Source of the DNA: Heptranchias perlo
Lineage: Eukaryota
Length of the DNA: 64,000 bases
Assembly: GCF_035084215.1 (NCBI RefSeq)
Contig: NC_090331.1
Span: 72,602,001-72,666,000 of the forward strand
Reading direction: 5' to 3'
Shown: piece after piece, positions 23,761-36,184 of the stretch
Layout of the letters: each line of letters opens with the position of its first letter
Position numbering within the stretch: position 1 is the stretch's first letter
Made by a program: the position numbers and the translations under genes
The notes under the pieces: generated by a model
What the model saw: only the letters and a program-made list of their open reading frames with translations
The model's database searches: none
What the model was told of the DNA's origin: nothing

Positions 23761-26179
23761 CTAGAAGTCCCTCATGCGCCTGAAAGATCCGATAGTTGAG
23801 TTGTAGCCACCCCAGTCACTGAATCTCCTGTATTCACCGGGTCTCATGAAGTACTGACGGCCTCTGTAGTTGGGATGTTCATAGAAGGTCCAGTAACCGT
23901 CCATCACATGGCAAGAGTGAATGTCACGGTAGCGGAAACGATCGTAGACAGATGGACAGTCATCCATGAATTCCATCATCTGTCCTCCAAAGTCAGGCCT
24001 CTCGTAAATCCTCATTCTGTAGTTTCCACCTCTGTACTGTAATATAAATAAGATCATATCAGTGAAGAAACTATAAATGTTCAGTGTCTAGAATGACAGC
24101 CTCCTGGTGAGAAGGGAGCTTAAGAAAGGTTACAGATGATGTTTCTGAAAAGCAAGAGACCGTTCAGTGACATCTATTGAAGCAACTGATTCTCTCCTAA
24201 CTGAAGTCACAAAGCAGCTCTTGTGTAAATGATAAGATAAGATGCCTAAGTTCTGAGTCTCACTGTAGGTGTTATTTATACATTCCAAACTTCCAATCGA
24301 ACAATTAGGCATTCAATTCTAATTGGTTAATTATTGTGAACCAATTCATCCAATTATATTCCCGTATCATATTGAAACTTTAGACTAGTGCACAGATCAT
24401 TTGTTACCTAGATTTTTTATATTCGTTCATAGGATATAGCCGTCATTGGCAAGGCCAGCATTTATTAACAATCCCTAATTGCCCTTGAGAAGGTGGTGGT
24501 GAGCCGCCTTCTCGAACCGCTGCAGTCCGTGTGGTGAAGGTTCTCCCACAGTGCTGTTAGGTAGGGAATTCCATGTTTTTGACCCAACAAGGATATAGGA
24601 ACAGTGATATATTTCCAAGTCGGGATTGTGTGTGACTTGGAGGGGAACGTGCAGGTGGTGCTGATCCCATGTGTCTGCTGCCCTCGTCCTTCTAAGTGGT
24701 AGAGGTTGCGGGTTTGGGAGGTGCTGTCGAAGAAGCCTTGGCGAGTTGCTGCAATGCATCCTGTCGATGGTACACACTGCGGCCACAGTGTGCCGGTGGT
24801 GAAGGGAGTGAATGTTTAGAGTGTGGGATGGAGTGCAAATCAACCAGGCTGCTTTGTCCTGGATGGTGTCGAGCTTCTTGAGTTTTGTTGCAGCTGCACT
24901 CATCCAGGCAAGTGGAGAGTATTCCATCACACTCCTGACTTGTGCCTTGTAGATGGTGGAAAGGCTTTGGAGAGTCAGGAGGTGAGTCCATTGCCGCAAA
25001 ATATCCAGCCCCTTACCTGCTCTTGTAGCCACAGTAGTTATGTATGCTGGTCCAATTAAGTTTCTGGTCAATGGTGACCCCCAGGATGTTGATGGTCGGG
25101 GATTCAGCAATGGTAATTCCATTGAATGTCAAGTGGAGGTGGTTAGACTCTCTATTGTTGGAGATGATCTTTGCCTGGCACTTGTCTGGCATGAATGTTA
25201 CTTGCCACTTATCAGCCCCAACCTGGATGTTGTCCAAGTCTTGCTGCATGCGGGCACGGACTGCATTATTATCTGAGTGGTTGCGAATGGAACTGAACAC
25301 TGTGCAATCATCAGCGAACATCACCATTTCGGACATTATTATGGAGCGCAGGTCATTGATGAAGCAGTTAAAGATGGTTGGGCCAAGGACACTGCCCTGA
25401 GGAACTCCTGCAGCAATGCCCTGGGGCTGAGATGATTGGCCTCCAACAACCACTCCCATCTTCCCTTGTGCCAGGCATGACTCCAGCCACTGCAGAGTTT
25501 TCCCCCTGATTCCCATTGACTTCAATGTTCGTAGGGCTCCTTGATGCCACACTCGGTTAAATGCTGCCTTAATGTCAAGGGCAGTCACTCGCGCCTCACA
25601 TCTGGAATTCAGCTCTTTTAAGTTTGGATAATTATACTCTTAAGAACCAAGCTGTGTATCTTTATTATTATAAGAAATATCAGGTCATTTAGATATAATA
25701 CGCACAAAGCTTGACTCAATGTGAAAAAAGCTGAAGTGTTTTCCCAGTTGACATTGACAAACTCAATTGCTCAGCAAGTTGTCATTAACTTGTCCTCAAT
25801 CTGGGTAAAATATACAAACCATCAAAGGTAACTTACATATGGGTAGGTGCGACATGACCCGATGCTGTCATTGAATCCCATCCAGCGCTGGTAGTCAGGA
25901 TATTCTCCTCTGCTCAGAACATACTGATATCCCATGTAATTGGGTCTCTCATACAGCACCCACCAGTCACTCTCAACACGGATGGAGTTGCAGCGGCTGA
26001 AGTAAGAGGACAGGTCAGCATAGTCAGTACTGCACTCGTAGTGCCGACCCTGGAAGTTCCTGTCCTCGTAAAAGATGATCTGTGGAAAGATACAGATTTG
26101 CAAATTAATATTTTCTCAAACTAGGAGTTTGAAGAGATACAATACAATGTATAAAATCAGTTCTCCTTGCCTTTCCCAT
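23761..26179 (-). CDS. Gamma-crystallin (shark gamma-S1-like), gene B, 175 aa
   Basis: Exon 1 26171-26179, exon 2 25837-26079, exon 3 23761-24036. GC-AG intron 1, open frame, TATA at 26239. Confidence 0.93.
24420..25615 (-). mobile_element. Degraded L2/CR1-group (Crack-like) LINE 3' fragment in intron 2 of gene B
   Basis: RT motifs [17 protein letters not shown] and FADD in ORFs 25013-25588 and 24475-25122; absent from paralogous introns. Confidence 0.8.
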
Positions 26180-26704
26180 TTTGAGCTCACAGTTAGATTA
26201 GTAACTGACTGAATGTTTCACTGCTTCACACAGCTTGGTATTTATATGCTGGGCAGAAAGGCCACTCTGGGCTGTATCTTTGTTATTCTAATGATTCAGG
26301 ATTGAAAATCAGCAAAAAGCAAAAAAGCACATGTTGCATTCATTGTAGAAAAACACCTGAAAGATGCCTGATGTGTCATTTATTCTTTCCTCTTTGCCTT
26401 CCTGTCATTTTAATTGTTGCTGAACAAAGCAGTTCTGGAACAATCTCAGATCCAAAGTGACCCAGGTCTCTTTCAAATGGTTTGGTGCAACTGCCTGGTT
26501 CTGCTCCCAAACTGGCCGAGATAAAGACAAACGTATCCAGAGCATGTTCCTTCGTTTATTGCCTTGTACACATCTGATTGATGTATAATTGCGAGTGAGT
26601 TTAGTTTCCAGATTGCGCCACTGCCCCCTCCCAAAAACCTTCAGACAATGATATCACAGCCAGCACCAATCTGATGACATTATTACCTTCATGTGCAGCC
26701 ATAT

Positions 26705-27524
26705 TAATACAAACATACGAATTAAGAGCAGGATTAGGCCATTCGGCCTCTCGAGCCTGCTCTGCCATTTGATAAGATCATGGCTGATCTGATTGTGACC
26801 TCAACCCTACTTTCCTGTCTACCTACTATAACCTTTGACACCCTTGATCATCAGGAATCCATCCAACTCAGCCTTAAAAATATTCAATGACCCTGCCTCC
26901 ACCGCTCTCTGAGGAAGGGAGTCCCACAGACTCATGACCCTCTGCGAGAAAAACATTCTCCTCATCGCTGTCTTAAATGGGAGACCCCTTATCTTTAAAC
27001 GGTGGCCCCGAGTTCGAGTCTCTCCCACAAGGGGATAAATCCTCTCAGCTTCTGCCCCTTCTGGTCCCCTCCGGATCTTACATGTTTCAATATGACCACC
27101 TCTCATTCTTCTAAACTCCAGTCTATACAGGCCCAACTTGTCCAACCTTTCCTTATAAGATGAACCCCTCATCCCAGGAATCTGTTGAGTGAACCTTCTC
27201 TGAACCGCCTCTAAAGCAATTATGTCCTTTCTTAAATAAGGAGACCAAAACTGCACACAGTATTCTAGATGTGGTCTCACCAATGCCCTGTACAACTGTA
27301 GCAAAACATCTCTACTTTTATATTCCATTCCCCTTGCAATAAATGACAACATTCCATTTGCCTTCCTGATCACTTGCTGTACCTGCATACTAACTTTTTG
27401 TGATTCATGTACTTGGACACCCAGATCCCTCTGCACCTCAGAGTTCTGCAATCTCTCTCCATTTAAATAATATACTGCTTTTCTATTCCTCCTGCCAAAG
27501 TGGACAAGTTCACCATTTCCCACA
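26705..27524 (-). mobile_element. 5'-truncated CR1 LINE, paralogous to 3811-4628
   Basis: ORF 26819-27523; same truncation point and same insertion site within the repeat unit. Confidence 0.9.
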
Positions 27525-29027
27525 TATTGTGGGTGGTGTATATTAACACAAATTACAGATCATACTTGGTTTATTAGGTTTACACAGTGTCTTGAAAAGA
27601 AACTTACTGTCTGCTTTTTTGTTTTAACGTTCAGGACAACAAATAGGAATATTCAAATAAGTTAGAGAACAATAGAAAGTTAAGATGTGGAAAACAATGA
27701 CAAAGATTGAAAGTAGCTTTCAGCTTTGTTTGTCCCGACGGCAAAGTGTTAAAGACCAGATAGGTCTCCTTAGAAATAACTTGGAAAAAAGGATGTGAGA
27801 TCACTATACTTTCCCAGAGATCATTGTGCTTTTCCATAGATCACTGTACTTTCCGAGATAACATTATGCTTCTGCATTGACCGTTTTAATCTCGATGGGA
27901 TCATTCTACTTTACCAGAGAACACAATAATTTCCCAGAGAACACTGTATTTTTTCAGAGATCACTGTAATCTCCCAGGTATCTGAAGGGATTCGCAAAAT
28001 TTCACATGTTCCCCCCACCCCGAAGATTTATTGGAGTTATTAAAGAAACCCTGGCGTGACTGTTTTAAACAATCCAAGGTCTCTCAAAATGGCTGCAGTC
28101 AGACACATGACCGAGGACCGGCAGATTTGAAATTGCATTCTCAACAACTCGGCAGGCTTCGTGTTTCAGACAGATTTCTTTAAACAATGCAGCTGCATTC
28201 TAGCCCTGAGGCAAGCTATCAACATGGCCGGCCAACACATCAAAATTCGAGCAGGAAATGATTGCAGGACAAAAGGTGAACCATCAAGGTACATTCGGAA
28301 CAATGGTAAAGCAGTTAGCGAACAGATCGATACAGGAAACGGCCATAATGTAAATGGGCCAGAGATGGGGTCCTTTGTCTTACGTTTCGTGCTTAAATCA
28401 AACAATGAAGCAAGCTGATGAGGTATGAAAAAAAAACCTGTTACCAAGAGGGTATAACTGGGGCTGCCCAGTATCTCTCTCTTGCTCTTCTCTCTTCGCC
28501 TCTTGGCCCTGTCCTGTCTGTCTGCTAGCACCTAAGAAGGAAGCCATCCAGTAAACCTCGCAACCACATGTCGACGGCAACAGCAGGCACAGGGGCCAGG
28601 CCTTTTCATCTGTTTTCACCGGTGAGCATTAATTTTCTGGCCGCCACAAGACAACCTAGCATCAGTGTAAGGTTGGGGGTTAAGGGATATTGCTAAACTT
28701 GTGATTTTAGAATTTTCCCTCGATGTGTCCGTTTCTTTCAACCCGATAAGTGTAAGACTGTATTACATCCATAGCGATTTCTTTATCTTCTCTAATATAC
28801 TGTTTACCTTGTAGTTTTAGTTTTCTTATTAATAAACATTGGTTTTCCTTGTACCAATCCACTGGTCTGTTTGTCTGTCTTTGTTACCACTCGATAAGTC
28901 CTCAGCTCAGAATCAGGAAGGGGTAAGCGATTCGCAACCGCACTGCGGGCAGGGCAGCTCAGGAAAACATAACTGGCTCACCTATTATAAGCCCGAGAAA
29001 CAGTAAAAAAAGAAACCCCTTACAGAA

Positions 29028-30920
29028 ATGGCGAGTCAGGCAGGAGCTGAGGCGAAAGTGTGTAACAAGACAGACAGTGGTGCGGAGGAGGAATCCGCAA
29101 TGGAGATAAGGTTGTCTGCCTATGTGTGCGGCAAGGTAAATATCGCGAAAAAGTGGGTGGGCGATATGTTAAAGGCCGAGCGTCCCATAGATGCAGCCAT
29201 CCAGTGGACAGCAAGTTAACAGTATAAGAAAGGTATTGAGAAGGCGGTCTGGCTCTTGTGTTTTAAAAAGCAGGTCTTGGTACTAGACCGTGCTGTAGCA
29301 GCGCGAGCAGCCAAGATTAAACAGTTGACCCTGGAGCTGCAGGAAAAGACAGCAGCCGAAGAGCAAGGGATAGCAGCGCTCCAGGCAATAAGCCAAGAAA
29401 GGGTGCAGATGGCAAGGGACCACCAGGCAAAGGTAGAGCGCCTGGAATACCAGATCGCTGAGCTCAAAAGTAGCGCTAGAGGTAGAATGGAACACCTGGA
29501 ATACCAGGTCAGAGAGGCGAGAGGCAGTGAGGTTAGGTTAATGGATAAGATCCACAGCCTCATGCAAGAATTAAAAGAGCAGGAGGAGAAAGTAGGCGAG
29601 GTAAAGGCAGCATATAAGCTGGCCTGCGCCCAGGGGTTTGAGGACGCAGATCATCGTCCCTGCAGGCAAGAAATAGAACGTTTGGGCATGGCCTTAGCGA
29701 GGGCGAAGGGCATGGTATGCCTCCTTAGCCCGAAGGCGGGCCAGTCGGATTTTACCGGCAACCCAAGCAGGGAAGTCCCACAGGCAGCTCCCAGAACGAC
29801 ACTGGTTAGGGAACCAGAGGCTTCACGGCCACCACCCATAGCCCCGAGTTTTCAGGAGGTCTGGCAGCAAGGGGGGGTGGAGGATGAAGCTTTAGGGGAG
29901 ACCCAGCAATTCCTGGTAGATAGACCAGGACCGGGACCAGTGTACCCCCTCCGACAACGGAGGTACGGCCCGCCCGCCGATGGCGAGGACCTAGGGGCCA
30001 TCCAGAACCAGTTTGTAGTGCCGCATGGCACCCCACAGCTCAGGGCCATGGTTAGCCATATCCCTAAGCTTACAGTGAGGGGAGACCCGTCTCTACACTT
30101 CCGTGAGATAGAGCAGGCAGCGTGCGTTAATGACTGCGATGAAGCAGAACAAGCAAAAATGCTGCTGTTTTCTCTGGGGGGTGACCTCCTCCAAACCTTA
30201 TCAGATGAGTGCAAAAGGGGGCAGAAAGATTACGAGGAGTTAAGGGATGAGATATTGGAGGCCATGGGACTAAATGATGGGAGTCCGTTCGCCCGGGTGG
30301 GGAAAACGGTACAGCTCCCTGGGGAGTCCCCACAGGCGTTCGCAGACAGGCTGTGGCCAGTCTACCGGAGCGCATGCCCGGGAATGCCAAGGCGGACACT
30401 CCTGAACAGAGATCAATTAGCCCACTGGCTCCGCTGTCTCATGACAAACTGCCTGCCCCAAATTCGAACACGAGCTGCGGCTTGGTTTGACCCCCGTAGC
30501 CCCCAGACCACCGAGGAAACGGTGATCCGCCAGCTCACGATAGCATTTAAAAATATCAGGGGTATCGAGACGCCCCAACCCAAGGGGAAAGTCCACGAGG
30601 TTAAACCAGGGGCCCAGCATAAAAGGGAATGGCACCAGGAAGGGAATCGTCCCGCCCAGGCTAAGTTAAACTGCTATGGGTGCGGGAAGAACGGCCACTG
30701 GCGGAAAGATTGTAAAAACCCCTGGAAGGATACTAAGGGAAAGAATCCCACCGCCCTAGCCCAAAAGGCAGCGACGGGGGAGGCAGAGACAGGAATTGCC
30801 CCCGCTGCCATGGAGTCATTTTTTGAGGCCATGCGATCTTTTATGGCCAGCCAGGGAAGAATAGCAGCCACTACAGGTGTGGTAGCTCCCTCAGCCCCCC
30901 CTGACGATGCCCCGCTATGA
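29028..30920 (+). pseudogene. gag: Gag of provirus 1 with one premature stop (29217-29219)
   Basis: Colinear with the intact 630-aa copy; CCHC knuckle CYGCGKNGHWRKDC; C-terminal PSAP. Confidence 0.88.
29029..29046 (+). other. Primer binding site, tRNA-Arg-like
   Basis: TGGCGAGTCAGGCAGGAG lies 4 nt after the LTR. It matches 16/18 to the complement of the vertebrate tRNA-Arg(ACG) 3' end as recalled (TGGCGAGCCAGCCAGGAG). Confidence 0.75.
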
Positions 30921-31635
30921 CTAGAGAAGAAAGCGTGGATCGGCCAGCAGGAGGTGAAATTCCTGGGCCTGACCGTCCGCGCAGGGGAACGAGCCATCGA
31001 CAAGGCTCGAAGGGAAGCGGTCCAAGAGCTATCGGTCCCCAGTACTGTGGAGGTGGAAAAGCAGGCAGCTGGGATCGAACCCGAGGTTAGAAATCCCCAG
31101 CTCCCAGCAGCTCCCAGCAGCTCCCAGCTCACAGGCAGCACATGCAGGTGCAGTCAGGGGAGGAGTCACCCAGACCCCTGTCCAAACCACTCCCCCTCTC
31201 TTCTGGGACTCAGGTGGGGAGGAGGAGGAGCCCGAGGCAGGTAGCCCCGCCCCCGACCCAGGTTTTGAACCTGGAGAGGAAGACTCTCAGCCACCGGCAG
31301 CCTGCAGCGAGGGGTTGCCTGTCCCCAGCTCAGACTTGGGAAGGGAGGAGCCACAAGGGAAAAGCCCCCAGCCAGCGAGGACTGCGACCCACAGCAAGGG
31401 TCCGCTCGCCAGGGTAGCCCCACCAACAGCACTTCCTAGGAGGTCCCCTCGGACACCCCAGCCTAGGAAGGCATGGTCGCCGGCTCCCCAGTTTAAAAGG
31501 GCGACCTCCCATGCTAAAGTTAAGTCGAAAGACAAAGGTCCTCAGCCAGCAGTCGCGGGCTGTGAGGGACCGGAAGTAAAGGTCAGTACAGCCATGCCGC
31601 AGGAAGCAGCCTGCAGCAGTCCTGACAGAATTTGA
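30921..31635 (+). pseudogene. pol remnant: short RT fragment fused to a Pro/Ser/Arg-rich tail; frameshifted by a 10-bp duplication
   Basis: KKAWIGQQEVKFLGLTV...RAIDKARREAVQELSVP resembles the RT segment after the catalytic motif (KAQ...V.FLG...R..AI..L..P). No protease, YxDD, RNase H or integrase core is visible. Confidence 0.7.
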
Positions 31636-34254
31636 GCTGGCCGCTCGGAGACGGGCGGCGGATGTATATAACTTTAGCAGTTAAGTTTGTAGTTTTAAGT
31701 TAAGATGTATAGGTTTATTATAAGGTGTGGAACCGTGATGTAATTTTAAGATGGAACCGTTCCAGTGTTGTCTACGTGAGCCGAGGTCCAGGGACCCGCT
31801 CACACTTCACCCAAGCCAGGCAGCCTGTATGGGGCCCGGCCAGATGTTCTTTATCTTTTACAGGGAATGTTCGAAGGAGTGATCCTGCTCGCCCTGTCTG
31901 GACTGAGCCTCGCGAGAAGGGGCGACACCGAGGACCACCACATCTTCGGATGCTCCGGAAAAACGGCGCCCCTCGCCCACGATGGGAGTGGCCTACGCGA
32001 GGCGGATGAAATCACCTTGTACACTCACGAGGGGAGCTGGCCCGGATGGCTGGGGTCAAATTCGACCCAGTACTCGAGCCAGGCCGGTTTTTCATACAGG
32101 GAAACCTCCCTCCAGTGCCCGAGGATACGAATTATCACCCCAAGGATTAGCGTCACCGTGGGAAAAGGAATATGTTTGTCATGTAAAGGCAATGTTCCCC
32201 TGGATAGGTGGTAGTGGCTTAGGAAATTAAGTAAGGATATGGGGAACCCCAGGGTAGAGTGGGAAAGGTTAGGGAATAACACCCACAGGACCATCACAGG
32301 GACCCAGGGAGGGTTAAGTGTGTGCTGGGACAAATGGTGGGAACCGGATCAGGGGATCTATGTCTGTATGTGGGGTTCAGAGAAAGTCTGCCCCACAGGC
32401 ATTTCCATCATTTTCCACAGCCAGTGGCAAGATAACGGGAGGGGGATGGACTGGAAATTGCGCCTGAGCGCATGCGTGATCCCATACTCCCCAATCTCGG
32501 TTAATGCCACTGAATTAGTAACCCGCCCCCGACAGCCCCTGCCCACGACTGTGACGTCACGTATGATAGTAGAGGGATGCCCCGCCACCACCAAGGGACC
32601 AGGGAACGGCTTGGTGCTCGTACCTACAGACCAGGTGCTGTATCAAGGGGTGCACTACGCGGTAGCCTCCGTGATTTTAAACCTCACCGAGATACACCTA
32701 CCCGCGTGGTGCCCCACAGAGACCGCACAGTTGTATCAAGCCCTCTTAAAAGAGATGTTCCGTAAATTTTATCAGTTTGATTTTTCAAACGTTGACAGAA
32801 TGTAAGGGGTTTCTTATTTTACTGTTTCTCGGGCTTAAAATAGGTCAGCCAGTTATGTTTTCCTGAGCTGCCCTGCCCGCAGTGCGGTTGCGAATCGCTT
32901 ACCCCTTCCTGATTCTGAGCTGAGGACTTATCGAGTGGTAACAAAGACAGACAAACAGACCAGTGGATTGGTACAAGGAAAACCAATGTTTATTAATAAG
33001 AAAACTAAAACTACAAGGTAAACAGTATAATACAGAAGATAAAGAAATCGCTATGGATGTAATACAGTCTTACACTTATCGGGTTGAAAGAAACGGACAC
33101 ATCGAGGGAAAATTCTAAAATCACAAGTTTAGCAATATCCCCTTTAACCCCCAACCTTACACTTATGCTAGGTTGTCTTGTGGCGGCCAGAAAATTAATG
33201 CTCACCGGTGAAAACAGATGAAAAGGCCTGGCCCCTGTGCCTGCTGCTGCCGTCGACATGTGGTTGCGAGGTTTACTGGATGGCTTCCTTCTTAGTTGCT
33301 GGCAGACAGACAGGACAGGGCCAAGAGGCGAAGAGAGCAGCTCAAGAGAGAGATATACTGAGAGAGATATACTGGGCAGCCCAGTTATACCCTCTTGGTA
33401 ACAGGTTTTTTTCATACCTTATCAGCTTGCTTCATTGTTTGATTTAAGCACGAAACGTAAGACAAAGGACCCCATCTCTGGCCCATTTACATTAATGGCC
33501 ATTTCCTGTATCGATCTGTTTGCTAACTGCTTTACCATTGTTCCGAATGTACCTTGATGGTTCACCTTTTGTCCTGCGATCACTTCCTGCTCGAATTTTG
33601 ATGTGTTGGCCGGCCATGTTGATAGCTTGCCTCAGGGCTAGAATGCAGCTGCATTGTTTAAAGAAACCTGTCTGAGACACGAAGCCTGCCAAGTTGTTGA
33701 GAATGCAATTTCAAATCTGCCGGTCCTCGGCCATGTGTCTGACTGCAGCCATTTTGAGAGATCTTGGATTTTTTAAAACAGTCACACCAGGGTTTCTTTA
33801 ATAACTCCAATAAATCTTCGGGGTGGGGGGAACATGTGAAATTTTGCGAATCCCTTCACTCCCCCCTGTGGATACTTAAACTTGCTTGAAGTGTCCATGG
33901 AAGGTGAGCAAAGATTTCTGACTGTCGCAAACAACCTTCCCCTTTATTTACCTATCCCTAATCCCTCGACACATACATTCCCTTACTTGGAGAGAATCCC
34001 AGTGTATGGCAGGCATTCGGATAGAAAACAAGGTTGAAGTACAACAATCCCAGCACGGAGGGGTCCAAATACCCCTGCACCACTTGGGATGAAACAGTAT
34101 TTCGCATACTATACAACACAACAATGAACAATCTTTATTCAAAATAACATCAAAACGTAAACATTACTTTATTGAAAACAACAAACGGAAGGGACCATCT
34201 TTATTAAAATAATGAAACAGGCTGCCATCACTCGCAAGGGATGCGTCCCCGAAC

Positions 34255-35266
34255 TCACACGGGTGTTTCGTCTACCCGAGCATACTGGTCCTTCCATACC
34301 CTTTGTGTTCTAACTACTACCTCGAGACCCCTATTCCTACACTGGACGCAAACCAGGTAGAGGACGATCCCGAGCTGACAGATTACTAGCACGTGTGATG
34401 CCAGACGAATCCAGGAGGGGACCTCTATATTCTCAAAGATGTCCCACCAGGGTGGGGTCGTAATACTCAGAATATCGGCCCCTATCTGGACAGTCTTCTG
34501 TTCCAGCGTGTAAAAGTGTTTTTGGGACACCCCTACTGCTTTTAATAATTGAACGAGGTGTTCTAGGAGAGGGGGGATCTGGTAGCCAAAGTGGGCTACA
34601 TACTTTTGGAGGTTGGTGAAATTCTCTTTCACAGTGAGGTGAACAGTGGATGGTTCAGGGATGGGGACAATTCGTATCTGTGCCACTTGAACTTCTGCCT
34701 CGGGTTTAAAGCAGAAACTGCTGTCACTCACCGCACACCAGCTGTGCTGACCATGCTGGTAGTGAGACGCTGCTGTGGTGATACAATATGTCCCACCTCC
34801 TATATATGCCACCTGTGGGGGAACATGGCCTTGTGCCATGGCTTCCATGGTGCAGTTTATAGGCTTCGCGTCAGCAGCTCTGAACCCGCACTGCGGTTTT
34901 GAATAGGCGTTCATGTGCTGGGGACACAGGATTATGTGTGATCCCCGGCTCTGGCACCCCGAGAGGTCAGTACCAGTCATACCATGCTCCCACTTTATGA
35001 CGTAGGATGGGACCGCTGTGAAACGAACGTGTGCACCCCCCTGAATGACACCAATGTTCTCCACCCTGTCTTTAATTGCATTTTTAAACCATTAATCTGG
35101 GTCTGCAGCTCGATGTCATCTAAGCTGTTGATGACAGAAGACCCCGTGTTAAAACCAGTTAAGACATCGTTAAAAACACCCCTTCTTTGTCTCCCAATCC
35201 TGTCCAAAAGCTGTGGGTGTTTAGTCTGGTTCTGTCACCATCTGAAAAATCAAACTGATAAAATTT
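34255..35266 (-). pseudogene. env: Internally deleted env of provirus 2 (C-terminal ectodomain, TM and tail remain)
   Basis: ORF 34255-35064 matches 39720-40536. Two deletions remove the splice acceptor, signal peptide and N-terminal domain (junction ~35267), and about 430 bp after the fusion peptide (junction ~35070). Confidence 0.82.
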
Positions 35267-35479
35267 AACATCTGGCCGGGCTCCCTATAGGCTGCCTGAC
35301 TCGGATGAAGTGTGAGCGGGTCCCTCGACCTCGGCTCACGTTGACAACACTGGAACGGTTCCATCTTAAAATTACATTACGGTTCCACACCTTATAATAA
35401 ACCTATACATCTTAACTTAAAACTACAAACTTAACTGCTAAAGTTATATACATCCGCCGCCCGTCTCCGAGCGGCCAGC

Positions 35480-36184
35480 TCAAATTCTGTCAGGACTGCT
35501 GCAGGCTGCTCCCTGCGGCTTGGCTGTACTGACCTTTACTTCCGGTCCCTCACAGCCCGCGACTGCTGGCTGAGGACCTTTGTCTTTCGACTTAACTTTA
35601 GCACGGGAGGTAGCCCTTTTAAACTGGGGAGCCGGCGACCATGTCTTCCTTGGCTGGGGTGTCCGAGGGGACCTCCTAGGAAGTGCTGTTGGTGGGGCTA
35701 CCCTGGCGAGCGGACCCTTGCTGTGGGTCGCAGCCCTCGCTGGCTGGGGGCTTTTCCCCTGTGGCTCCTCCCTTCCCAAGTCTGAGCTGGGGACAGGCAA
35801 CCCTTCGCTGCCTGCTGCCGGAGGCTGAGAGTCTTCCTCTCCAGGTTCAAAACCTGGGTCGGGGGTGGGGTTACCTGCCTCGGGCTCCTCCTCCTCCCCA
35901 CCTGAGTCCCAGAAGAGAGGGGGAGTGGTTTGGACAGGGGTCTGGGTGACTCCTCCCCTGACTGCACCTGCAGGTGCTGCCTGTGAGCTGTGACCTGCTG
36001 GGAGCTGGGGATTTCTAACCTCGGGTTCGATCCCAGCTGCCTGCTTTTTCACCTCCACAGTACTGGGGACCGATAGCTCTTGGACCGCTTCCCTTCTAGC
36101 CTTGTCTATGGCTCTTTCCCCTGTGCGGACGGTCAGGCCCAGGAATTTCACCTCCTGCTGACCGATCTGCGCTTTCTTCTCTAG
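35480..36184 (-). CDS. pol-remnant ORF in frame with gag, reachable by UGA readthrough (234 codons)
   Basis: The frame is open from the codon after the gag TGA to the stop at 35480-35482 and begins with the RT-like fragment EKKAQIGQQEVKFLG. Confidence 0.55.
   Translation of the reverse strand, partial: LEKKAQIGQQEVKFLGLTVRTGERAIDKARREAVQELSVPSTVEVKKQAAGIEPEVRNPQLPAGHSSQAAPAGAVRGGVTQTPVQTTPPLFWDSGGEEEEPEAGNPTPDPGFEPGEEDSQPPAAGSEGLPVPSSDLGREEPQGKSPQPARAATHSKGPLARVAPPTALPRRSPRTPQPRKTWSPAPQFKRATSRAKVKSKDKGPQPAVAGCEGPEVKVSTAKPQGAACSSPDRI

Noticed and set aside
29216-31141. Antisense ORFs over gag (and similar ones over CR1 ORFs)
   Set aside because: Shadow frames of GC-rich coding sequence with inconsistent boundaries between the two copies.
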